Below are positions 46,509-57,044 of a stretch of 64,000 bases of DNA, in pieces. The notes beneath the pieces were generated by a model. The model did no database searches. It saw nothing but the letters and a program-made list of their open reading frames with translations, and was not told where the DNA came from. The translations under genes and the position numbers were made by a program. Numbering within the stretch: the stretch's first letter is position 1; every line of letters begins with the position of its first letter. This stretch comes from Dehalococcoidia bacterium (GTDB taxonomy: Bacteria; Chloroflexota; Dehalococcoidia; Lucifugimonadales; JADFKI01): NCBI GenBank assembly GCA_965242555.1, contig CBDESO010000003.1:251385-315384 (forward strand), read 5' to 3'.

Positions 46509-47387
46509 ATGAAAATACATCTGGTTGATGGCACATACGAACTCTTCCGCGCCCACTTCGGCGGCGGCCCCAAAACCGCTTCCCTCGACGGCGCCCCCAC
46601 ATCCGCCGCGCGCGGCCTAATCCAAACCCTGCTGCTGTTGCTGCGCCAAGACGACGCCACCCACATCGCCTGCGCCTTCGACAGCGTCATCACATCATTT
46701 CGCAACGCCCTATTCGCGGGCTACAAAACCGGCGAGGACGTCCCCCCCGACCTGCTCGCCCAATTCCCAATCGCCGAGCGCGCCGCCGCGGCGCTAGGCA
46801 TAGTGGTATGGCGCATGACCGACTTCGAGGCGGACGACGCCCTAGCCACCGCCGCGCATCGCTGGGCGGACGCCCCCGGCGTAGAGCAAGTGGTGATATG
46901 CTCCCCCGACAAAGACCTAGCCCAGATAGTTCGCGCCGACCGCATCGTAACCCTAGACCGCCGCCGGAACATCCTGCTAAACGCCGAGGGCGTGCTAAAC
47001 AAATACGGCGTCCCCCCCGAATCCATCCCCGACTACCTGGCGCTAGTTGGCGACGCCGCCGACGGCATCCCCGGCATCCCCCGCTGGGGCGCCAAATCCG
47101 CCGCCGCCGCCCTGCGCGAATACCGCCGCCTAGACGCCATCCCCGCCGACCCCGCCCGCTGGCGCATCAAACTGCGCGGCGCGAAATCCCTCGCCCAAAG
47201 CCTCGCCGCCCACCGCCATGACGCCGCCCTCTACAAACGCCTAGCCACATTGCGCCTGGACGTCCCCCTAACCGAAACCATCCCCGACCTGCAATGGCGC
47301 GGCGCTCGTCGCCCCGACTACCACGCCCTCTGCGCCGAACTGGGCTTGGACAGCCTGGCGAACCTGCCCCACAAGTGGGATGAGTAG
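46509..47387 (+). CDS. 5'-3' exonuclease (FEN/Pol I N-terminal domain family)
   Basis: MKIHLVDGTYELFRAHF, FEADDALAT, SPDKDLAQ and LVGDAADGIPGIP (H3TH). Confidence 0.8.
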   Translation: MKIHLVDGTYELFRAHFGGGPKTASLDGAPTSAARGLIQTLLLLLRQDDATHIACAFDSVITSFRNALFAGYKTGEDVPPDLLAQFPIAERAAAALGIVVWRMTDFEADDALATAAHRWADAPGVEQVVICSPDKDLAQIVRADRIVTLDRRRNILLNAEGVLNKYGVPPESIPDYLALVGDAADGIPGIPRWGAKSAAAALREYRRLDAIPADPARWRIKLRGAKSLAQSLAAHRHDAALYKRLATLRLDVPLTETIPDLQWRGARRPDYHALCAELGLDSLANLPHKWDE

Positions 47388-47484
47388 GCATATGGCGAGT
47401 GGCTATGCCTGCGAATAGCATACGGCGAATGGCTACGCTACCAAATGGCTACACGATAAGCCATTGCCACAGAGAAAGAATAAG

Positions 47485-47556
47485 TACCCCCGGCGGGACT
47501 CGAACCCACGCGCCTGGCTCCGGAGGCCAGCGCTCTATCCACTGAGCTACGGGGGC
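47485..47556 (-). tRNA. tRNA-Arg (anticodon CCG)
   Basis: GCCCCCGTAGCTCAGTGGATAGAGCGCTGGCCTCCGGAGCCAGGCGCGTGGGTTCGAGTCCCGCCGGGGGTA folds as a cloverleaf with a G1:U72 wobble. Anticodon loop C-T-CCG-G-A. Confidence 0.85.
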
Positions 47557-47616
47557 AACGCATCCAATATACCACTCGCCGCCCCGCATAACAACCCACT
47601 GCCCGCCAATTTGAAA

Positions 47617-48290
47617 GGTATTGTCATCCTGCAGGGTTAATGGGTTTGATGGACTGGTTTAGGCGCTCATCGAACACTATCGCCAGCAGATGTTTCAGCC
47701 TCTCCACGCTCTTTGTGTAGCCCTTTGTTCGCCTCACAAGCCTGTTCAGCTTGCTCCGCAACTTGGAATGCAACCCCTCATTCCGGTTCACCGCTCCGCC
47801 CGTGCCTATCGCACGCCGGCCGCGCGGCAGCCACTCGTACACCGGATAAGCGCCGGTCTCGTATCTATCAGCGCCCGGCAACCGACCCAACAAGCGCGAT
47901 AACGCAGACTCGCCCTTGCGGCCCACCTCATACATCCGCCAGCGGACGCCATTCGGCTCTTTCACCACCGCAGTCCATATCCACAGGTCTTTGCGACGCT
48001 CGCCGCGCCTGACGCCCAAGTATGCCCACATCTCATAAAACGCGCAATAGACGCGCGCCCGCCACTCCGCCGCCCACTCGTCCGCCACGCCAGAAACCGC
48101 GTCAGACGCTCGGTCGCCAACGCCCCTTTTTTTGACCCACGCGCTCAGCTTGGCTACGCTTGCGCCTACTACTCTCGCCATCGCCGATAGGCTCATTCCC
48201 TCGGCGCGCATCTTCACCGCTTGCTCTTTCTGTTCATCGGTGAACCGATGCTTTGCGCCCTCTTGATGTTTTGCCGCGCTTGTTCCCGCT
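47617..48290 (-). mobile_element. Decayed, 5-prime-truncated IS1-family copy
   Basis: The end GGTATTGTCATCCTGCAGGG at 47617. ORF 47624..48316 is a fused InsA(C-terminal)/InsB-like sequence without the Zn-finger. No second IR was found. Confidence 0.7.
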
Positions 48291-48461
48291 CGCGGCGTGG
48301 TTTTCAGAATATTCACCGACCGCGCGGCGCTTTCGGCGGCTACTTTTGGTTAAACGGCGGTTCATTCACAATCGCGCGGCAAAGCCTAGCGGGGGATTCG
48401 GCCGGTTGTCCGGATGCCGCAAAGTCGGGAATGGCGCGCCGCTATTAAGGTTGGGGCGCCG

Positions 48462-49577
48462 TCAGTTTGTCGGTGTCGGCGTTGGCGTCGGGCAAGTGAA
48501 TTTGGATTCGTCTGAGAGCGCGCAGGAGTTTGGAGTAAGCCTCCCGCTGTCCGCAAGGCGCACTGATGAGAAATCTGCGAGAGTTCTAACGTCGTTGCTG
48601 GCGTTGTCGTCGCCTTGTGTTAGGATTAAGTCCCCGTAAGAAATTGACGAGTATATCCGTCCTCCTTGGTTTGTGTTATTGACGCCGAAACCGCGCGCGT
48701 TAAGGCGGCCGGCGGGCGTTGCGTCTGTGATGTCGCCGTAAGCGTAAGACCCATATATGTTGGCATTGTTCACGCCAACAAAGCCGCCGATGCGCGCATA
48801 GCGATTGTCGTTTGTAACCTTGACGTTAACGTCCGCAACGCTCCCGGCTATCGTACCTTTGTTGAGACCGACAAGTCCGCCGGTGCCTCCGGCGCTCGCT
48901 GATTCCAGCTCGCCTGAGGCGTAGCTGCCGATTATCGTCCCATGGTTCCTTGCCGCAAGCGCGCCTGCCGAGCCGAGTCGATGAGTTGAGTCCCGATTTA
49001 TTTTCGCTCCTACCACGTATACGTTCTTGACTATCGTTTTGTCGGCGGTAGCGGCAGTGCCAATGTCGACAAACAGCCCGTTTGCCCCCTCCAACCCCGT
49101 GATTTTGAACCCGTTGCCATCGAAAACCGCTTGCCAAGGGCCTGTCGAATCCCTAGCGCCTATCGGCGTCCACGGCTTGTACGAGGCGAGCGAGATGTCC
49201 GCCATTAGTTCGTAACCTTTGCAAGTCGAGGGCGTCGGCCCCGCCCCCGTCGCAGTGGGCTGACTGCATCGTAGGAGGCTAAAGTAGGTCAATCTGTCGG
49301 CGGGGGAAACGCTTGCGTCAGGGTCGCCCTCGCCGACTTGGTCGCCGTCGCCATCCAGGTCCCAGCGCATCGCGTTTAGCTGCGCGGGCGTTGATATTTC
49401 TATCAGGCCGTTGCCGTCGGTGTCGGAGGCTGGCGTCGCCGTTGGGGTTGGGGTAGGCGTCGCCGGGGTTTGCGCCGTCGTTGGGGTTTGCGTTGCGGCG
49501 TTCAGCGCAAGCGCGACCGCCAGCGCCAGCGCGAAAGCCGCGGCAAGCAGGATAGTCCTATTCGTCAGTTTCTTCAT
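48462..49577 (-). CDS. Secreted GLUG-motif repeat protein
   Basis: Signal peptide MKKLTNRTILLAAAFALALAVALA, PT-linker, DTDGNGLIEISTPAQLNAM, and GGLVGLNKGTIAGS / IGGFVGVNNANIYGSYAYG (GLUG motifs). Confidence 0.7.
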   Translation of the reverse strand: MKKLTNRTILLAAAFALALAVALALNAATQTPTTAQTPATPTPTPTATPASDTDGNGLIEISTPAQLNAMRWDLDGDGDQVGEGDPDASVSPADRLTYFSLLRCSQPTATGAGPTPSTCKGYELMADISLASYKPWTPIGARDSTGPWQAVFDGNGFKITGLEGANGLFVDIGTAATADKTIVKNVYVVGAKINRDSTHRLGSAGALAARNHGTIIGSYASGELESASAGGTGGLVGLNKGTIAGSVADVNVKVTNDNRYARIGGFVGVNNANIYGSYAYGDITDATPAGRLNARGFGVNNTNQGGRIYSSISYGDLILTQGDDNASNDVRTLADFSSVRLADSGRLTPNSCALSDESKFTCPTPTPTPTN

Positions 49578-49949
49578 TCTGTCAGTTCTCCTTTCTCATT
49601 ATTTGTCCGCATACGAAACCATCGCGCGGCAAAGTCTAGCATACCTCGATTTTATCAACCCGACCGCCAGCGAGTAATCGGACATAGTATTCTCAGTGCG
49701 CCGCGCTATTTGAATTTTCGCCGCCGCTAAACCGAACTCCAACGCCTAGATTATCGCGTTCAGCGCGCATCCGGTTTTGATGCGGTTCAAAATAGCGCCG
49801 CAATATGGAAATACTGATAGAGCGCAGAGGGGATAAGCGCAAGCGCAAAGCACGGCTTGTCTTATACGGGCAAGCGGGTTACACTTGGCGCGCGACATTA
49901 TGCGCGGGCGCGGGATAGGTACAAGATAACAACGGGGGGTTTATGCGAT

Positions 49950-51341
49950 ATGGCTGCTGCGACTGGGATGCGGGAGGGGGAGGAGCTGAGGCGGGCGTCT
50001 TTGCGGTATTTGTGGATGCACAACCGCGATTGGACGCAGATGGCGGAGGAGGGGGAGCCTCAGATTATCGAGTCGGGCAAGGGCGTGCGGGTTGCGGATT
50101 CGGAGGGGCGGTCGTGGATTGATGTGAATGGCGGGTATAATTCGGTGAATGTGGGGTACGGGCGCACGGAGATAGGGCAGGCGGCGTATGAGCAGATGCG
50201 GCGGCTGTCGTATTTTCCTCAGGGGACTACTACCGAGCCAACCGCTCGGCTGGCGGCTAAGCTGGCGGAGCTGGCGCCGGGCAGCTTGTCACGGGTGTTT
50301 CCGGTGAGCGGCGGGTCGGAGGCGAATGAGACGGCGCTGAAGATCGCTAGGGCGTATTTCAAGCGCATCGGCGAGCCAAGCCGGTATAAGGTCATCAGCC
50401 GCGTGGGGTCGTATCACGGGATGACGGCGGGCGTGCTGTGGCTGGGAGGCAGCCCGCAGCAGCCGCGCCACGATTATGAGCCGGCGTATCCGGGGATGCT
50501 GCACGCGCCCCAGCCTAACGCCTATCGCGGCGGCGCGGACGGCGAGACGGCGGCGGAGCGCGCCGTCTATGCCGCCAACGAAATTGAGCGGCTGATTGAG
50601 TTTCACGGCGCGAAGACCGTGGCGGCGGTTATCGCAGAGCCGATAGCGATACCGCAGGGCGCGGTCGTGCCGGGCGACGAGTATTGGCCTATGCTGCGGC
50701 AAATATGCGACAAGCACGGCGTACTGCTTATCGCCGACGAAGTGATATGCGGGTTCGGGCGCACGGGCAAGATGTTCGCGCTGGAGCATTGGGGCGTCGT
50801 GCCGGACATTATGACGGTCGCCAAGGGCGTGGTGAGCAGCTACCTGCCGCTGGCGGCGGCGATAGTGCGCGAAGAGGTGGCGGACGCTTTCGCGGGGGAG
50901 GACAACATCCTGCGGCATGTGTTCACGGCGGCGGGGCATCCGGTTTCGGCGGCGGCGGCGCTGCGAAATATCCAAATCCTAGAAGAAGAGGGGCTGGTCG
51001 AGAACGCGGCGCAGGTGGGCGCTTATTTCAAAGAGCAGCTGGAGGGGCTTAAGGTGGATCACCCGCTTGTGGGCGATGTGCGCGGGCTGGGGATGCTGCT
51101 GGCGGTGGAGCTGGTGAGCGACCGCAAAACTAAGGCGGGGTTCGCGGCGGGCGAGCGCGTCCCTGATCGGCTGAACGAAAAGTTCAAAAAGCATGGGCTG
51201 ATATTCCGCGTCAACAGCAATATCCTGAACATAGGGCCGCCGCTGTGCATCACGCGGGACGAGGTGGACGAGATTGTGCATGCGATAGACTTGTCGCTGT
51301 GGGAGCTGGAGGGCGAGATGGGGATTGCGCGGATGACGTAG
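49950..51341 (+). CDS. Class-III (omega) aminotransferase, paralog 1
   Basis: Internal ATG aligned with the paralog's start. SGGSEANETALKIAR, IAEPI, LLIADEVICGFGRTGKMFA and VAKG. Confidence 0.85.
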   Translation: MAAATGMREGEELRRASLRYLWMHNRDWTQMAEEGEPQIIESGKGVRVADSEGRSWIDVNGGYNSVNVGYGRTEIGQAAYEQMRRLSYFPQGTTTEPTARLAAKLAELAPGSLSRVFPVSGGSEANETALKIARAYFKRIGEPSRYKVISRVGSYHGMTAGVLWLGGSPQQPRHDYEPAYPGMLHAPQPNAYRGGADGETAAERAVYAANEIERLIEFHGAKTVAAVIAEPIAIPQGAVVPGDEYWPMLRQICDKHGVLLIADEVICGFGRTGKMFALEHWGVVPDIMTVAKGVVSSYLPLAAAIVREEVADAFAGEDNILRHVFTAAGHPVSAAAALRNIQILEEEGLVENAAQVGAYFKEQLEGLKVDHPLVGDVRGLGMLLAVELVSDRKTKAGFAAGERVPDRLNEKFKKHGLIFRVNSNILNIGPPLCITRDEVDEIVHAIDLSLWELEGEMGIARMT

Positions 51342-51442
51342 GGGATAAGCGGCTGGCGGCAAGGCGGGCATTACGGCAGTTGCCCTTGCCTTGCAAGGAC
51401 GATTAGACGCAAGCGGGCAAGACGCTACGCAAGGGGCTGACA

Positions 51443-52798
51443 ATGGCGAATATCAGCGAAATGGAGTCTGTGCGGCGGGATGCTTTGGCGCATCTTTGGA
51501 TGCACAACGCGGACTGGGCGACGATGGCGGAGGAGGGCGGGCCGCCGATTATGGTCGAGGGGAACGGCGTCCGCGTTACCGATAGCGAGGGGCGGGTTTG
51601 GATTGACGCGCACGGCGGATACGCCTCGGTGAACGCGGGCTACGGGCATGCCGAGATAGCGGACGCTATGCTGGAGCAGATGGAGCGGCTGACTTATTTT
51701 CCTCAGGGAACGACCACCGCGCCGATGATACGGCTTGCTGAGAAACTGGGGGAACTCGCGCCCGGGGATCTAGAGCGGGTTTGGCCTGTGAGCGGCGGGT
51801 CGGAGGCGAATGAGACGGCGATAAAGATAGCGCGCGCGTATCACAAGCGGCGCGGCGATAACGGGCGCTACAAGATTATCAGCAGGCGCGGCTCGTATCA
51901 CGGCGCTACGGGCGGCGTGATGTGGCTGGGCGCGAGCTCAGGGCTGGCGGATTTCGAGCCGGCGATGCCGGGGATGCTGTACGCGCCGCAGCCGGGCGAG
52001 TACCGGCGCGATTGCGGCGGCGCGACGGCGGCGGACTGCGACGAGCGCTGCGCGGACGCCATCGAAGAGCTCATACTGCTGCACAATCCCGCCACGGTGG
52101 CGGCGTTCATCGCGGAGCCGGTGGCGTCCGGCCTCGCGCCGCCCGCGCCGGAGTACTGGCACAAGGCGCGCGATATATGCGACCGCTACGGCGTCTTGCT
52201 GATAGCGGACGAGGTGGTAACCGGCTTTGGGCGCACTGGCAAGATGTTCGCAATGGAGCATTACGGGATTGTGGCGGACATAATGACGGTCGCCAAGGGC
52301 ATCACCAGCGGCTACCTGCCCTTGGCGGCGACCGTAGCGTCCACGCGCGTGGCGGACGCCTTCGCGGGGGAAGACAACGTATTCCGCCAAGCGCTCACAT
52401 TCGGCGGGCATCCCGTAACGGCGGCGGTGGCGCTCAAGAACATAGAGATAATAGAGCGCGACGGCCTAGTGGACAACGCGGCGCAGGTTGGCGCGTACTT
52501 CTTGGAACTGCTGCATGAGCTAAAGGCGGAGCATCCGATTGTGGGCGACGTGCGCGGCATAGGGCTGCTGCTTGGCCTGGAGCTGGTAAGCGACCGCGCC
52601 ACCAAAGCGCCGTTTGCGGAGGAGCTGCAGGTAGGCAAGCGCCTGACGCGCAAGATGCGCGAGCAGGGCGTGATAATGCGCGCGGGCGGGAATAGGGTTA
52701 CGCTGGGGCCGCCGCTGTGCATAACGCGGGATGATGTGGATGAGATAGTGGGGGCGATGGATCGGGGGATTGGGGAGGTGGAGGGGGAGGTTGGGTAG
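51443..52798 (+). CDS. Class-III (omega) aminotransferase, paralog 2
   Basis: SGGSEANETAIKIAR, LLIADEVVTGFGRTGKMFA and TVAKGITSGYLP. Confidence 0.85.
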   Translation: MANISEMESVRRDALAHLWMHNADWATMAEEGGPPIMVEGNGVRVTDSEGRVWIDAHGGYASVNAGYGHAEIADAMLEQMERLTYFPQGTTTAPMIRLAEKLGELAPGDLERVWPVSGGSEANETAIKIARAYHKRRGDNGRYKIISRRGSYHGATGGVMWLGASSGLADFEPAMPGMLYAPQPGEYRRDCGGATAADCDERCADAIEELILLHNPATVAAFIAEPVASGLAPPAPEYWHKARDICDRYGVLLIADEVVTGFGRTGKMFAMEHYGIVADIMTVAKGITSGYLPLAATVASTRVADAFAGEDNVFRQALTFGGHPVTAAVALKNIEIIERDGLVDNAAQVGAYFLELLHELKAEHPIVGDVRGIGLLLGLELVSDRATKAPFAEELQVGKRLTRKMREQGVIMRAGGNRVTLGPPLCITRDDVDEIVGAMDRGIGEVEGEVG

Positions 52799-53046
52799 AG
52801 GCGGATGTTGGGGGGATAAGGTAGTCTGACGGCGGCTGTTTAATGGGTAGCAAGCCAGGCGCGGCTGGCGGTTATGGGTGAGTTGTGAATGATAGGTTGT
52901 CGGTGGCTAATCGCCGCTGATATGGTAGTTGCTAATCGGCGAGCTGTTGGCTACATAGCGCTTGGATGATGCTTGCTAAGCCAAAGTGCGGACATCTTCA
53001 CTAAACCCGCCCACTAGACGCAGGACGATTAAATTTGAAACAACCC

Positions 53047-53076
53047 TTGACACGCGCCCAAAACCCCCGCTATTCT
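53047..53076 (+). promoter_or_regulatory. Sigma70-like promoter (TTGACA-18-TATTCT)
   Basis: TTGACA 53047-52 and TATTCT 53071-76, 100 nt before ATG 53176. Confidence 0.4.
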
Positions 53077-53104
53077 TATACCAGAACAAATTATCAGACA
53101 CCTA

Positions 53105-53143
53105 CCCAAAAGTTTTTGCTACTTTTTTCTAAAAAAGTAGGGC
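53105..53143 (-). repeat. Intergenic hairpin element (copy 11)
   Basis: Reverse complement GCCCTACTTTTTTAGAAAAAAGTAGCAAAAACTTTTGGG. Confidence 0.6.
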
Positions 53144-53175
53144 CCCGGCGGCGGGGGGACTTGGAGGCAACCAAC

Positions 53176-54750
53176 ATGACAACCGCAACCGCAACCCGCG
53201 AACCCATAACGCACGAACAGGCGCTATCCGAACAGGAACGCGTCCGCCACAACATCGCCCGCCGCGTCAACCAACTCACCCACGACGGCGACCGCCTCAT
53301 CCAATTCATGTGGGACACCGTCCAAGGCGAATACCCCGACGCCAAATTCCACCACCGCCAAAACGCCGCGCGCGACCTCGCCGTTATGAGCGGCAACCTC
53401 CCACAAGACACCCCCGGCTCCCCCGCTCGCGTCATCCGCGAAGAAGACATGCCCAAACCCAAAACCCCCAAAGTAACCCTAAAACAGATAATCAACAAGC
53501 CCATCGGCGCATACATACGCGAAAAAACCGACGACTGCCGCGACCTCGCAACCGAATACTACAACATCCTATTCCCGCGCCCCGTCTTCGAAAGCGCCAA
53601 CCCCGACGAAAAAAAATACCAAAAAGCCACCCGGATCCGCCCGCACCACCAAGTAGCCGCGCTCAAAGAAATGATGAAACGCAGCATCGGCAGCCGCAAC
53701 CCATACGCCTACCCGCAAACCTCCGCTATGGAAGAAAAAATGCTCAACAGCAAGTTGGGAACGGAAATGCGCCTGTCAATGGACAAAGGCATGGGATACG
53801 CGCGCTACATGTTCGAAATCCTAGAAAACGACAAAACCGACCGCTGGGGCAACATAATAACCGACCCCTTCACCCAAACCCACCGCATCTGGGCGCTCAA
53901 CGAACTCTGCCGCATGGGCGCCGACATCCCCTGGGAACACATAACCCCAGAGTCCATAGACGCCTTCTTCCGCGACCTCCACGCCAAAGAGCGCCGCGAG
54001 GCGGAACGCCTCCTAGCCCAGCGCCAACAATCCGCCGCCACCGAACTCACCCCTGAGCAAAAAGCCGGCGTCCTACAAATGTTCGAACAAATGCAGCGCA
54101 CAACCGACGCCAACGACCGCAAAGCCGCCAAGAAAACCCAAAAGAAAGCCAAAAAAGCCGACGCCGCCAAAGCCGACGCCCACAACTACAACAACCCCGC
54201 CAACCGCAGCGCCGTCGCCAACGCCGCCGATGACGCCAAGAGCGCCGCCAACGGCAACAATGGCGAGAATGGCAACAACGTCGCCAAAGACAGCGCCAAC
54301 GGCGAGAATGGCAACAACGTCGCAAATCGCAAAAACGCAGAGAGCGCCGCCAGCGGCAAGAATGGCGAGAATGTCAACAACGCCGCCAACCGCAAAAACG
54401 CCAAGAACGCCGCCAGCGGCAAGAGCGCTGCCAATGCCAAGAACACCGGCAAAGACACCGGCGCAGCCAACAGCGCCCACGCCCCCGACACCCCCACAAC
54501 CCGCGGCGAAACCGCCGTAGCCAACGCCCTAGCCCGCCACCCCGAAGTGGACTTGGACACTGCCTTGGAAAACCACCACTCCACCGCCGGCATCCCCAAA
54601 CAAAACCTAACCCACGAACAAATCTACGACGCCATCACAGCCGAGGCAAACTTCCAAAAACGCCAAGCCATAATCCAAAGCCGCCTGCGCTCAAAAAACC
54701 CCGACGCGGCCACTGAGGACAACGCTCCCCCCAAATCCCGCAGCCCTTAG
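53176..54750 (+). CDS. Hypothetical protein with an internally duplicated N-terminal module and an Asn/Gly/Ala/Lys low-complexity region
   Basis: Internal ATG after GGAGG. Two similar modules (LIQFMWDTV...HHRQNAARDLAVMSG / ARYMFEILE...THRIWALNELCRMG), then NGNNGENGNNVAKDSANGENGNNVANRKNA... Confidence 0.55.
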   Translation: MTTATATREPITHEQALSEQERVRHNIARRVNQLTHDGDRLIQFMWDTVQGEYPDAKFHHRQNAARDLAVMSGNLPQDTPGSPARVIREEDMPKPKTPKVTLKQIINKPIGAYIREKTDDCRDLATEYYNILFPRPVFESANPDEKKYQKATRIRPHHQVAALKEMMKRSIGSRNPYAYPQTSAMEEKMLNSKLGTEMRLSMDKGMGYARYMFEILENDKTDRWGNIITDPFTQTHRIWALNELCRMGADIPWEHITPESIDAFFRDLHAKERREAERLLAQRQQSAATELTPEQKAGVLQMFEQMQRTTDANDRKAAKKTQKKAKKADAAKADAHNYNNPANRSAVANAADDAKSAANGNNGENGNNVAKDSANGENGNNVANRKNAESAASGKNGENVNNAANRKNAKNAASGKSAANAKNTGKDTGAANSAHAPDTPTTRGETAVANALARHPEVDLDTALENHHSTAGIPKQNLTHEQIYDAITAEANFQKRQAIIQSRLRSKNPDAATEDNAPPKSRSP

Positions 54751-57044
54751 CTCGGCAAACCCGCGCCGCAAGCCTCCCCCAAAAACCCCCGCGCCCTCGC
54801 CCGATCCAGCCGCTCGTGGACGAACTGGTTGCGGTAGCTCCGCAGGCAGCCGTAGCAACTTGAGTCGCAACCGCAGGCGCCGGCCACGCGGCGGGCGGCG
54901 CTGCTCAGGGCATGGCCGAACACCGCGTCATCCCGCGCCAGCCGATCTACCAGGCCGGCGCCGCCGGGCGCGTTGTCGTACAGGACTATGGACACGCCGG
55001 CGCTTGCCCGCTCGCGCGACAGCGCCACGTTCAGGTCGGTTTCGGGCGCGCCCAGCGTCTCAGCGGCGCCAAGCAGCAGCGCGTAGCCGAGCGAATAGGC
55101 GTCGTCGGCGCATACAAGACCGGGGAACGACAGCCGCGTCACATCGGTGACCAGCTCATAGCCGTATGAGTGCTTGCCCATCTTGCCCTCGCAGGGCGCG
55201 CCGTAGAGCGTCCTGTGCTTTCGCAGCCGCTTGTCGGAGTGCCGCCCGCAGGCAAGGCAGATGTGAAAGCCTTTCTTGCCGCGCCCCTCGCTGAGGATGA
55301 ACAGGCTGCCCGGCGCGGCGGCGGTTACGCTCACGCCGCGCATCACGCTTTCGGCAGGCGCCTCGCCGCCCGCGAATCCGCCGAAGAACGGGCGCGTGGC
55401 GTACAGCCGCTCGCTCTTGCGCTGCGGCTCAACCGGCTTGTAGTTCATTTCGGTTGCGAAACCCCAATCGGGCGTCAGGTATTTTCTCACCTTGCTCGCG
55501 CCGCTTATGCCCTCCGGCTTTTCGTTCCACTGCTCAAACAGCCCATCGTCGCAGTAGCGGTAGTATTTGGATGTCGGCAATTTGCCGGGCATTATCTTGA
55601 TGCCGGACGATTCCCACACAAACTTGTTCGCCACTATCTTGTTGCCGGGCGCGTATTCGGCGATAGCCTGCGACAGGTCGCGCTGCAACGCGATGCCCCG
55701 CGCGGCGAACCCGGATGCGCCGCCCAGAATGTCCAACTCCACCACATCCACCGGAAAGCCGTACTTGGGCAATATCGCCTTGCGGGACAAAAACTCCGGC
55801 GCGCGCTCGCCCAAGACCGCCTTTAGCCTGCGCTGAATTCTGCCCGCGCTGGCATATTCGCCTCGCTGCGCGAACCCGATTTCAAGCGCTTGCAGCTCGC
55901 CGATGTCGTTCAACAGGCTGACGATGCCATCGTGAAGTCTGCTGCCCTCGCCCGCAATCTTGTCTATCCACGAGCCGTCCTCAAGCCCAACCGCCGGATG
56001 CGCGGCGGGCGGCGCGATGGCGATGAGCGTCTGACGCAATCTGGCGTTGGCGCGGCAGAAATCGCGCAGTTCGTCGGCAAGCTGGGCGGCGTCGCTATCG
56101 CCTATGAACTCGCGGACGCTGTTGAACCGCGCGGCGTTGCCGTCTTGCCTGAAGAACGCGCCCAGCGCCGCGGCGGTCATATGGCGCAGGATGATTTTGG
56201 CGTTCTCAACCCGAACCAGCGGCGGACGGGATCCGCCGTTAATCAGGTTTTGTTCGGGGTTTTCGTAGTAATGCAAGTCGTGCGAGCTGCGGCGGCAGTA
56301 TGTCAGCGCGAACCCGGGGCTGTTATCGCGGCGGCCCGCGCGCCCAACTCGCTGCGTGTAGTTGAACGCCTCCGGCGGCACATTCCTGAGGAACACAACA
56401 TCCAGTTCGCCAAGATCCACGCCTACCTCAAAGGTGGTGGATGAGCTCAGCAGGTTTATCTGCCCATCCTTGAAGGCGTCTTGGCGATCCTCCGCCTCGT
56501 CGGTGTCGAGTTGCGCGGTATGCTCTTCGGCGTGAAATGTGAGCGGCAGCGCGGCGCTTTCGTACAGGATGCGGTAGTGGTTTTCCCGCAGCGCGCTTTC
56601 GTCCGCCGGCCGCAACGCGCCGGAGCAGCGCCAGCGCGGACAGACGCGCCTGATGTTGACCAGGCTGACGCCGCCGCAAGTGCCGCAAGCCCATATCTCG
56701 CGCGGCGCGGGTTTCGCAATCCGCATAAACGCGGGGTTAAGCCTAAACGCGGCGTTGCCAACGCGCAGCAAAAGCTTTTCGTCTTTGCGCTTGCCATGGT
56801 CGCGCTGAGTGAGAGAGCGCCAAATCTCTTTCATCAAATCCTGCGCCGCCTCCGCGTCAACGCCCGCCGCGCTCGTCAGGAATTGGATGGCGTCAGATTG
56901 GGCATTGCCCCACTCTCTTGTAGATTTTGGACTCGGGCGTATCGGTTTCCCTGAATTTGGACGGGCGCGAATCCCAGTAGTTACGCAGGCGGTCGGCGAG
57001 ATCCGACGCGATCAGCCCCTCGCCGTCGATGGGCAAGTCGGTCA
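54747..57044 (-). pseudogene. C-terminal half of a split DUF1998-type DEAD/DEAH helicase (RecA2 motifs, Zn-ribbon, DUF1998 Cys cluster), with an extra 1-nt frameshift at 56908-56911
   Basis: HAEEHTAQL...FKDGQINLLSSSTTFEVGVDLGELDVVFLRNVPPEAFNYTQRVGRAGRR, and C-terminal CGCDSSCYGCLRSYRNQ. The reading frame starts exactly at TGACCGAC (57037-44 on +) beside an IS end. Confidence 0.8.
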
